The position numbers and the translations under genes were made by a program. Of a DNA stretch of 43,315 nucleotides, positions 9,101 through 17,076 are shown piece after piece (the first letter of the stretch is position 1; every line of letters begins with the position of its first letter). This stretch comes from Rhizobiaceae bacterium (lineage in GTDB: Bacteria; Pseudomonadota; Alphaproteobacteria; Rhizobiales; Rhizobiaceae), in assembly GCA_051009635.1 (NCBI GenBank), contig JBPCWJ010000192.1, positions 1-43,315 of the forward strand, in the 5' to 3' direction. Under the pieces are notes generated by a model. That model did no database searches, was not told where the DNA came from, and worked only from the letters and a program-made list of their open reading frames with translations.

Positions 9101-9429
9101 CTAGTTTTCCCGCATCCAGTTTTGCAATGTCCGGATGGAGTGTTCCGAGTTAACGCCGCAGGCATGGTCAATGACCAGTGGTCCCGGCTGATATCCCCGG
9201 CTTTTCAGGCCGCGCTGCACCGATTCAACCAGATGGATATCCTCTTCGACCGTTGTGGAACCATCCTGTACGGCCAACCGCCGGATTACCTCACAAGCGA
9301 TTCAGTTCACCATCATATCTGGCACCAGGCGAGGAGAATCTGGCTTCCATCGACAAGTCGATCAGAGAGGCCGTGCGTTTCGTGGAAATCAGCCCAACGA
9401 AATGACGGTTTGTATATCTCTACCGTCAA
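9101..9429 (-). pseudogene. Possible frame-disrupted gene remnant (unknown family)
   Basis: There are two protein-like reading segments on the minus strand in different frames. Segment 1 is 9313..9429: (L)TVEIYKPSFRWADFHETHGLSDRLVDGSQILLAWCQI*. Segment 2 is 9101..9301: IACEVIRRLAVQDGSTTVEEDIHLVESVQRGLKSRGYQPGPLVIDHACGVNSEHSIRTLQNWMREN*. They are bridged only through the third frame (YDGELNRL*). There is no ATG start and no SD. The segment sits in the 365-nt gap between the BNR gene stop and the CMD gene start. Confidence 0.3.
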
Positions 9430-9443
9430 TCATCTGACAAGCT

Positions 9444-10610
9444 TCATGAAATCTGGCGGTCAAGGACTTCAACCGAGAAAATTGTTGGTAGATGCCGGGC
9501 GATTTCCTGCCAGTTATCGCCTACATCCAGGCTCGCAAATACCGAACCGCTATTCGTACCAAAATAGATGCCGGCAGGCTCCCGCTCGTCTCTGGCCATG
9601 GCCTGCCGGAGCACGGTGAAGAAACATCCCTTTTGCGGTAATCCCTCGCGCATGTCCTGCCAGCTCTGGCCACCATCGCGCGAGCGCCAGACGGCAGCAG
9701 CAGCGTCAGGAGGGAAACGTCCGGCGCTATCCCCATTGAGCGGTATTGTCCAAATCGTATTTGGATCACGCGGATGGACACAGATTGGAAATCCAAATGT
9801 GGACGGCAAGCCTTCGGTGATGTCATCCCAGCTTCGGCCGCCATCCCGTGAGCGCCAGACGCCGTGATGGTTCTGCTGATAAAGCAGCTCCCCGTTTCCC
9901 GGTGCCAGCATCATGTTGTGGACACAATGGCCTGTCTCGCCATCTCGCGGCGCTGCCGGATGGTCATGATCACCGCATGCCTCGGCATTGGAGAGCCGGT
10001 TACGGCGTTCCCAGCTTGAACCTCCATCCTCGGTGGCGAACACACCTGCCGCCGAAATACCAATCCAGAATTTGTTTATATCTGTGGGGTCGGAAACGAT
10101 TGTGTGTAACACCAATCCGGCTGCGCCCGGATTCCAGGTCTTGACCGATGAGTGATTGGTCAATGCATCCACTTTCGACCATGATTTGCCCTTGTCGTTG
10201 CTCCTGATAAGGCTTGCTGGCTTGGTTCCAGCATAAAGCAGGCCATGTCCATGACCCAAGGACCAAATCTGCGAGAATTCATCACCAAAGGGCAATGGCT
10301 CATCACTCCAGCCGATCATCTGCGCAAAATCGGGATCATTGGCCGCCCAGTCATCCATCGTTCCCCTGGTCAGTCTTGTGACTTCCCAGAAATTTCCGCC
10401 ATCATCTGAATGCCAGATGCCTGCACCATGCCAATCACCGCCACCGGCAGCCCAGATAGAGCCGGTCCCGGGATCGCCTATCATGTGATTGATCGGCCAA
10501 CCATCACATAGCGGGCCTTTTATATCCCACCCGCTACTATCATTGCCTCCGGAGAGGATAAAGGCACCTTTGGAAGTCCCGACCAGAATTTCAATATTGT
10601 TTTTGGACAT
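9444..10610 (-). CDS. BNR/Asp-box repeat beta-propeller protein (sialidase/glycosidase-like superfamily), cytoplasmic
   Basis: 388 aa. Six SxDxGxxW-type Asp boxes are visible: SDDGGNFW, SNDKGKSW, TEDGGSSW, SRDGGRSW, SRDGGQSW, SLDVGDNW. No signal peptide. Confidence 0.8.
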   Translation of the reverse strand: MSKNNIEILVGTSKGAFILSGGNDSSGWDIKGPLCDGWPINHMIGDPGTGSIWAAGGGDWHGAGIWHSDDGGNFWEVTRLTRGTMDDWAANDPDFAQMIGWSDEPLPFGDEFSQIWSLGHGHGLLYAGTKPASLIRSNDKGKSWSKVDALTNHSSVKTWNPGAAGLVLHTIVSDPTDINKFWIGISAAGVFATEDGGSSWERRNRLSNAEACGDHDHPAAPRDGETGHCVHNMMLAPGNGELLYQQNHHGVWRSRDGGRSWDDITEGLPSTFGFPICVHPRDPNTIWTIPLNGDSAGRFPPDAAAAVWRSRDGGQSWQDMREGLPQKGCFFTVLRQAMARDEREPAGIYFGTNSGSVFASLDVGDNWQEIARHLPTIFSVEVLDRQIS

Positions 10611-10726
10611 ATTCTTTGCCCGTATTCAGCAATAATGTGAGCAGACTAACATGGGATGGCCGGACGGCCTAACCGGCAAGCGGGCGTTTGATTTCACCTG
10701 AATTGCGCTGAAAGCGAAACCTGCCG

Positions 10727-11047
10727 CTAAAGACCGGTTGTCAGAATCTCACAGATCTGAATTTCAGGATCGATATTGGTGTAGTTCTTGAAGTCTGACA
10801 TCATCTTGTCGCCATGTAATTCGAGGGCCTTCGTCAGCCCGTGTTCATTTTTGAAATCGACATGGGTGATGCAGATTATATCGGATGGGTTGCCTTCGAG
10901 ATCGTGAAGTATCTTTTCAACCTCGATTGAAATCAGATCGCAGTCAGCCAGCAACTTGCGCGACATGACCACGTGATGATTGACGTAATAGTCGAAGTCA
11001 AAATGGGCACCATCCATTTTCCGATAGATTAGTGTAACGCGTGTCAT
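10727..11047 (-). CDS. EthD family protein (small dimeric alpha-beta barrel)
   Basis: 106 aa from ATG 11047: MTRVTLIYRKMDGAHFDFDYYVNHHVVM... is a typical EthD-family N-terminus. The track ORF starts 3 codons upstream at a TTG. Confidence 0.75.
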   Translation of the reverse strand: MTRVTLIYRKMDGAHFDFDYYVNHHVVMSRKLLADCDLISIEVEKILHDLEGNPSDIICITHVDFKNEHGLTKALELHGDKMMSDFKNYTNIDPEIQICEILTTGL

Positions 11048-11238
11048 TTGCCTCAAGCCTTACCCTGGTTGATCTTCAGTCGGAATATCAATGCCATTTA
11101 CATGGAATCGTCAAACCATAATCCGGCAGGATTGTCTTGAGTATGAACTTTTAGCAAAGCGTCATATCCGTTTACGGGAGTCAGGACTACTGATAGCCTG
11201 AATTTACATGTGCGGAATGACCGGCAGGAGAAATTGCA

Positions 11239-12108
11239 ATGCGATATTTGATATCTCTCTGGATCTTGATTGCGATTCCGGTTTCCTCTCTTGCCTCCGA
11301 ACTTGCCCCCTTTGCTGCCTTTGATGCGGCAAGCGAGTCTGTTCTCAATGACCCCCATGATTTGGCAATCGGACCGGATGGCCATCTTTATGTCGCTGAC
11401 AAATTTGCGGGTTCGATCGCCATCCTTGATCCGGATACCCTTGAAATTGTCGGTCAGGCAGAAACCGGTTACCTGCCAAATGTCCATGACATCTCTTTTA
11501 GTCCAGACGGCACGACAGTCATTGCCGTAACCGGCTCCGGCGCGGTTCTTGTCTATTTGGGATTTTCCGACAAATCAGGTGAGCCGGTTCGTATATTGGC
11601 AGCATCCCGAACCGAGGGTGCTCTGGCGCATTCAAATGGCACCATATATGCGATGGCAGGCGGAACCGGAACCCTGATTGCCTATAAAGGTGATCAGGCT
11701 GTTGCTTTCGCAGAAGGTCATGTAGGCGCCCATGACGTCGCGGAAGCGCCGGATGGCGGCATTTGGGTAGCGGATAATTTCAACAGGCGTCTGGTAAAAT
11801 ATTCACCGGATTTGCAGCAACAGATGATCATTGACGATCCCAAATTCGGCTTCGTTGGACCGAGATATCTCGATGTCGACAGCTTTGGCCGGCTTATCGT
11901 GGCAGATCAGGATGCGCACCGTATCTTGCTAATTGACCCGGATGGGCCGGACGGGGGGACTTTGCTAGGCGTTTTGGGAGACGGCTCGCCGGGAATGGGA
12001 CCCAACAAGTTTGATGACCCGGAAGGTGTCCATGTCGAAGGAAACAGGTTCTATTTCTCAGATTCGGACAATAATCGAATCGTAAGGTATTCCATTGTGA
12101 CGAATTGA
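11239..12108 (+). CDS. Secreted NHL-repeat / six-bladed beta-propeller protein
   Basis: Signal peptide MRYLISLWILIAIPVSSLAS. Repeated P.D(L/V)A..PDG..YVAD / IWVADNFNRRLVKY / FYFSDSDNNRIVRY units are typical of NHL repeats. AGGAG lies 8 nt upstream of the ATG. Confidence 0.75.
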   Translation: MRYLISLWILIAIPVSSLASELAPFAAFDAASESVLNDPHDLAIGPDGHLYVADKFAGSIAILDPDTLEIVGQAETGYLPNVHDISFSPDGTTVIAVTGSGAVLVYLGFSDKSGEPVRILAASRTEGALAHSNGTIYAMAGGTGTLIAYKGDQAVAFAEGHVGAHDVAEAPDGGIWVADNFNRRLVKYSPDLQQQMIIDDPKFGFVGPRYLDVDSFGRLIVADQDAHRILLIDPDGPDGGTLLGVLGDGSPGMGPNKFDDPEGVHVEGNRFYFSDSDNNRIVRYSIVTN

Positions 12109-12177
12109 GCCTGGGCGGAGCTTATTCCGTTTTACTCAGACAGGTTTCAGCATTGGACCCATCAATGACGTCTTGAG

Positions 12178-13227
12178 TCACCGCAGACCTTCATTGATGC
12201 TCTTGAGAACCCGGCTGCCCGGACAAAGCTCGTTATTGTCCAGTTCATTAAGCGGTGTGGTTGCTAGATTCAGGGTCTGGTTCAGATCCTGTGAATTTGG
12301 ATCAATGTATAAGAGGCCCGTCAGAATGCGACCATCTTCGTTCGCAGATTGGGAGGCCATTAATGCTGCATCCCTGTTTTCTGTTTTATAATCCTTGCTG
12401 GCCTTGTGCAGATGAATGACCGAACCATCATGCATGGTAACTGTCTGAGTTGTGCCAGGGTCGTACTGGGTACGGATTTCCTCGCGCATGGGTACGAAAT
12501 CAAGCGGCATGGCATCAAGATTGGAACGGGTTGCCGAATAGCTTTTGGTCGATCCAACATGGTTGGCAAAGGTAACACAGGGCGAAATTACATCGATGAA
12601 AGCAAAGCCCTTATGTGCAATCGCTCCTCTGATCAGTGGCTCAAGCTGCTCCTTGTCGCCGGAGAAGCTGCGCGCCACAAAACTTGCGCCCTGCAGAAGC
12701 GCAAGGCTTGCCAGATCAATACCATCAAAGTGGTTTTCCTGTCCGTACTTACTGACAGAGCCCAGATCGGCTGTAGCGCTGTCCTGTCCCTTGGTCAGAC
12801 CGTAGCAGCCATTGTTTGCCACGATATAGGTCATGTTTACATTGCGGCGGATCAGGTGGATGAACTGGCCCATTCCAATGGACGCAGTGTCGCCATCCCC
12901 GGAGATGCCAATATAGATGAGATTCTTGTTGGCCACGCTTGCGCCTGTTGCAACCGACGGCATTCTTCCATGTACGGAATTGAATCCGTGACTCCTACCT
13001 AAAAAGTATGTGGGCGTCTTGGAAGAGCAACCAATGCCTGAAAGCTTGGCTATCCGGTGTGGTGGAATGGATGACAAAAAACAGGCATTTCTGATCGAGC
13101 CGGATATGCTGTCATGGCCACAACCAGCGCATAGCGTGGAGATTGATCCGTCATAATCGGCCACAGTGTAACCAAGTGCATTCGTGGGAAGGCGCGGATG
13201 ATGAAATTTGGGTTTGATATAGGACAT
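12178..13227 (-). CDS. korB: 2-oxoacid:ferredoxin oxidoreductase beta (TPP-binding) subunit
   Basis: 349 aa from ATG 13227: MSYIKPKFHHPRLP...CAGCGHDSI...GISGDGDTASIGMGQFIH...NNGCYGLTKGQ is a typical KorB/OorB pattern. The ATG overlaps the korA stop (ATGA 13225-13229). The track ORF 12178..13371 is over-extended. Confidence 0.9.
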   Translation of the reverse strand: MSYIKPKFHHPRLPTNALGYTVADYDGSISTLCAGCGHDSISGSIRNACFLSSIPPHRIAKLSGIGCSSKTPTYFLGRSHGFNSVHGRMPSVATGASVANKNLIYIGISGDGDTASIGMGQFIHLIRRNVNMTYIVANNGCYGLTKGQDSATADLGSVSKYGQENHFDGIDLASLALLQGASFVARSFSGDKEQLEPLIRGAIAHKGFAFIDVISPCVTFANHVGSTKSYSATRSNLDAMPLDFVPMREEIRTQYDPGTTQTVTMHDGSVIHLHKASKDYKTENRDAALMASQSANEDGRILTGLLYIDPNSQDLNQTLNLATTPLNELDNNELCPGSRVLKSINEGLR

Positions 13228-15107
13228 CAGGCGACCTCCGGACGAAGCGGAATGACTTCGGCACTTTCGATATTCAATGTCTTGCGGATATGCGCGGCGA
13301 TGGTTCGGGCGGTAATCGGCGTACCGGAATAATTCAATATGGAAGTCAATTTGTCCGGTGCGATATGGCATTCGTTCATGATCAGCTGGCGCATTTGTCC
13401 ATCCCGGTTTTGTTCGATGACGAACACAATGTCATGATCGTGGATGAATTCATCCAGCGAGTGATGGAATGGAAAGGCACGAATGCGCAGCGTGTTGATC
13501 GGATAGCCTTCCTCTGCCAGCATTTCGACAGCCTCATAGGCGGGGGAGGCCGAGGTGCCGAAAAACAGAGCACCCAATTTTTCTTTCGTCTTGGGTTTTT
13601 TAACCTCGATCGGGGGATGTGGCTTGGGCTCCGGTACAAGATTTTTGACAGTCTCGAATTTTCTGAGTAGCCGATCGACGTTCTGCACGTAATCATTGCC
13701 GTCTTCGGAGTAGATTGCCATCGTGTCCTTGGAAGAACCCCGGGTGAAGAACGCGCCCTTTTCGGGGTGAGTGCCCGGCAGGGTACGATAACAGATGCCG
13801 TCACCATCCACATCAACATAACGACCCCAGGTTTCGGTCTTGTCGAGTGCATCTGCGTCGAGAACCTTGCCGCGATCCATTTCGTAGCTGTCGTCCCATT
13901 CCAGCGGCGGAGACATCCAGTCATTCATGCCCAGATCGAGGTCCGACATCATGATGACGGGTGTCTGGATGCGTTCAGCCAGGTCGAATGCCTGGACCGT
14001 CATGTCAAAACATTCGCGTGGTGTGGCCGGGAACAGAAGTACATGTTTTGTGTCTCCGTGACTGGCATAGGCAGCAGCGAGGATGTCGGACTGCTGGCTG
14101 CGTGTCGGCATGCCGGTTGACGGTCCTGACCGCTGGACATCTATCAAAACAACAGGCACTTCTGCGAAATAGGCCAGGCCAAGGAACTCGCTCATCAGAG
14201 AAAGGCCAGGGCCCGATGTTGCGGTAAATGCACGCGCGCCGTTCCAGCCTGCGCCGACCGCGATACCCATTGCTGCAAGCTCGTCTTCGGCCTGCAGAAT
14301 CGCGAAATTCTTCTTGCCGGTGCCCGGATCAATTCGCATACGCTCTGCATATTTGGAAAATGCCTCGACTACTGATGTCGATGGTGTGATCGGGTACCAT
14401 GCGGCAACGGTGGCACCGCCATAGATCGCGCCCAAAGCTGCAGCGGTGTTGCCATTCATCAGGATCTGTTTGCTTTCCAGAAGATGCGGGGCGACATTGC
14501 CACCTTGTTCCAGCCGGATCGGCAAGGGGCATTTGAATGTTTCGGTTGCGTATTGATACCCCATTTCAAGGGCGTGAACATTGGGTGAGATCAGTTTTTC
14601 CTTGCCCTTGAACTGGTCTCCCAGCAGATCTTTCAATATCGGGAATTTTATGTCCAGAAATGCCGCCAATGCACCGATATAGACCACGTTTTTCAGGAGT
14701 TGCTGCAGTCGGGGTTCGCTGAACTCCCGCATACACATTTCGGTCAGCGGAATGCCAAAATAGGTTATGTCCCCGCGTTTGAGGTGCTGGGCAAGAAGTT
14801 TGGTGGAGTCGTAGAGAAAATAGCCGCCGGATTCGACGCTGGCCACATCCTGTTCCATGGTTTGCGGATTGACACAAACCATGAAATCGACACCGCCACG
14901 ACGGCCCAGATACCCCTTGGAAGAGACGCGAACTTCGTACCAGGTCGGAAGACCCTGAATGTTTGAGGGAAAGATATTGCGCGGGCTGACCGGGATCCCC
15001 ATGCGAAAGATAGCCTTGGCAAAAAGATGGTTGGCTGACGCTGATCCGGTTCCGTTTACATTTGCAAATTTTACGACAAAATCGTTGACGCCCTTGATCT
15101 GCTTCAT
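13227..15107 (-). CDS. korA: 2-oxoacid:ferredoxin oxidoreductase alpha subunit (fused alpha/gamma type)
   Basis: 626 aa from ATG 15107: MKQIKGVNDFVVKFANVNGTGSASANHLFAKAIFRMGIPVSPRNIFPSNIQGLPTWYEVRVS... then ...GNTAAALGAIYGGATVAAWYPITPST. This is two-subunit KorA architecture. ATGA overlap with the upstream gene stop (15104-15107). The track ORF 13227..15428 is over-extended. Confidence 0.9.
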   Translation of the reverse strand: MKQIKGVNDFVVKFANVNGTGSASANHLFAKAIFRMGIPVSPRNIFPSNIQGLPTWYEVRVSSKGYLGRRGGVDFMVCVNPQTMEQDVASVESGGYFLYDSTKLLAQHLKRGDITYFGIPLTEMCMREFSEPRLQQLLKNVVYIGALAAFLDIKFPILKDLLGDQFKGKEKLISPNVHALEMGYQYATETFKCPLPIRLEQGGNVAPHLLESKQILMNGNTAAALGAIYGGATVAAWYPITPSTSVVEAFSKYAERMRIDPGTGKKNFAILQAEDELAAMGIAVGAGWNGARAFTATSGPGLSLMSEFLGLAYFAEVPVVLIDVQRSGPSTGMPTRSQQSDILAAAYASHGDTKHVLLFPATPRECFDMTVQAFDLAERIQTPVIMMSDLDLGMNDWMSPPLEWDDSYEMDRGKVLDADALDKTETWGRYVDVDGDGICYRTLPGTHPEKGAFFTRGSSKDTMAIYSEDGNDYVQNVDRLLRKFETVKNLVPEPKPHPPIEVKKPKTKEKLGALFFGTSASPAYEAVEMLAEEGYPINTLRIRAFPFHHSLDEFIHDHDIVFVIEQNRDGQMRQLIMNECHIAPDKLTSILNYSGTPITARTIAAHIRKTLNIESAEVIPLRPEVA

Positions 15108-16906
15108 GCTTCCTCCACCAGCTTCGGTGTTGCCTTGGTGACATTGTAGTAGAACATCTGCATGTCCCAGGCGGCAGTGGGACAGCGTTCGGCACACAGA
15201 CCACAGTGCAGGCACATGTCCTCGTCCTTGACCATTACCTTTCCGGTCTCCAACTTGCTTGAAACATATAAATCCTGTTCCGCGTTTTCTGCCGGTACCA
15301 TCAACCGGCTGCGTAGATCGGCCTCCGGTCCGTTTTTCAGGAAGTTGATACAGCTTGTGGGACAGATATCCGTGCAGGCGTCGCATTCGATACATTTGTC
15401 TGCAACAAATACGGTCTGGGCATCGCAATTGAGGCAGCGTTCAGCCTCAATGAAGGCGGCTTCTACATCAAATCCGAGTTCAACCTCGATTGACCGGTCT
15501 TTTAGCGCCTTTGCCGTCTCAACCAGCGGAACAATCTTGCGCTTGTCTGTAATAGGGACCGAATCATAACTCCACTCATGGATGCCCATTTTCTGGCTGA
15601 CGAGGTTGACATGGGGAGGAGGACGATCGGAAATGTCCTTGCCCTGACAATAGAGGTCGATCGAAACTGCCGCCTGATGGCCATGAGCTACAGCAGTTAT
15701 GATGTTGGACGGCCCAAAGGCGGCATCCCCACCAAAAAACACTTCCTTGCGGGTGGATTGGAATGTTTCATCATCATTGATGATAGGAGTTCCCCAACTG
15801 GTAAAGCGGATACCGGTGTCCTTCTCGATCCAGGGAAAAGCATTTTCCTGGCCGATCGCCATCAGCACATCATCGCATGGAAAGAACACAGGTTCCTCAC
15901 CGGTCGGAACAAGTTGGCGGCGGCCGTCCTCGTCATAAACTGCATCAACCTTGTCGAAAGTCATGCCGACCAATTTCCCTTTTTCGACAACAAACTCCCT
16001 GGGAACATGATTGTCGATGATGGGGATGCCCTCATGCATGGCATCCTCTTTTTCCCAGGGTGAAGCTTTCATGTCGGCGAAGGGGCTGCGAACAATTACC
16101 TTTACGTCCTCACCACCCAGCCGCATTGAAGTCCGGCAGCAATCCATGGCCGTGTTGCCGCCGCCCAGCACTATCACTCGTTTGCCAATCTTGTCGGTGT
16201 GTTCAAATGCGACATTGGCCAGCCAATTGATGCCGATGTGAATATTTGCATCAGCTTCCTTGCGGCCGGGCAGATCGGGCAAGTCCTTGCCCTTTGGCGC
16301 TCCGCAACCAACGAATATTGCGTCATAGCCCTTGGTGAGCATGTCGGCCATGCTGTCGACATAAGTATCGAAAATGGTCGTAATCCCGCCCATTTCGAGA
16401 ATGTAACCGATCTCCTCATCAAGTACCGTTTCAGGCAATCTGAAGGATGGAATCTGGCTTCGCATGAAGCCGCCACCCTTTGCCTGCTCATCATAAAGAT
16501 GCAGCTCGTATCCAAGCGGTGCCAGGTCTCTGGCAACCGCCAGTGAGGCTGGTCCGGCGCCAATCAGGGCGACCTTCTTTCCATTTGGGGGACCTGCCTT
16601 CGGCAGGAATTTCGTCACGTCATCCTTGAAGTCGGCGGCGACCCGTTTTAGCCGGCAGATGGCTACCGGCTCGTCCTCGACGCGGCCTCGGCGGCAGGCA
16701 GGTTCGCATGGGCGGTCGCAGGTTCGGCCGAGTACGCCCGGAAACACATTGCTTTCCCAATTGATGAGGTAGGCTTCCGTATAGGATTGCTGCGCGATCA
16801 GGCGGATATAGGCCGGAACAGGTGTATGTGCAGGACAGGCATATTGGCAGTCTACAACCTTGTGAAAATATTCCGGATCGTTGATGTCAGTCGGTTTCAA
16901 TATCAC
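15104..16906 (-). CDS. GltD-like (glutamate synthase small-subunit-like) FAD/NAD(P)H oxidoreductase fused to a C-terminal 2x[4Fe-4S] ferredoxin domain
   Basis: 600 aa. N-terminal Cys motifs CQYACPAHTP and CDRPCEPAC. Dinucleotide folds VALIGAGPASLAVARDL and VIVLGGGNTAMDC. C-terminal CLNCDAQ...CIECDACTDICP and CLHCGLCAERCP. First gene of an ATGA-coupled operon with korA and korB. Confidence 0.85.
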   Translation of the reverse strand: MILKPTDINDPEYFHKVVDCQYACPAHTPVPAYIRLIAQQSYTEAYLINWESNVFPGVLGRTCDRPCEPACRRGRVEDEPVAICRLKRVAADFKDDVTKFLPKAGPPNGKKVALIGAGPASLAVARDLAPLGYELHLYDEQAKGGGFMRSQIPSFRLPETVLDEEIGYILEMGGITTIFDTYVDSMADMLTKGYDAIFVGCGAPKGKDLPDLPGRKEADANIHIGINWLANVAFEHTDKIGKRVIVLGGGNTAMDCCRTSMRLGGEDVKVIVRSPFADMKASPWEKEDAMHEGIPIIDNHVPREFVVEKGKLVGMTFDKVDAVYDEDGRRQLVPTGEEPVFFPCDDVLMAIGQENAFPWIEKDTGIRFTSWGTPIINDDETFQSTRKEVFFGGDAAFGPSNIITAVAHGHQAAVSIDLYCQGKDISDRPPPHVNLVSQKMGIHEWSYDSVPITDKRKIVPLVETAKALKDRSIEVELGFDVEAAFIEAERCLNCDAQTVFVADKCIECDACTDICPTSCINFLKNGPEADLRSRLMVPAENAEQDLYVSSKLETGKVMVKDEDMCLHCGLCAERCPTAAWDMQMFYYNVTKATPKLVEEA

Positions 16907-17076
16907 GTCCTTTCACATGCGACACATTGTACCAGCCTACATACGAATGCAACTCCCGTGAAATGCTTTGTCCCGGGCATTGTTAATCAGGTAACAAGCT
17001 GGATTGGATTGCTAATTGTGAATAACATGGTAAGCGGGATTGTTTCGCGCGGAGGTTTATCGAGATCTCAAGAATT

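Noticed and set aside
9077-9619. 180-aa plus-strand ORF spanning the CMD/BNR gap and running 176 nt into the BNR gene 3' end.
   Set aside because: It is antisense to the BNR gene and to the protein-like minus-strand remnant. It has no family resemblance, and its ATG is simply the complement region of the CMD start. More likely a chance antisense ORF.
13227-15428. Over-long N-terminal extensions in the ORF track: KorA 733 aa, KorB 397 aa (12178..13371), NapB 234 aa (4612..5316), NapD 121 aa, ProX 358 aa (35651..), cyclase-family 363 aa (2817..), and CMD 156 aa.
   Set aside because: The extensions overlap the upstream genes, translate to Arg/Cys-rich nonsense, and include non-ATG starts. In each case an internal ATG, with an SD and/or an ATGA overlap with the upstream stop, gives a protein beginning at the conserved family N-terminus.
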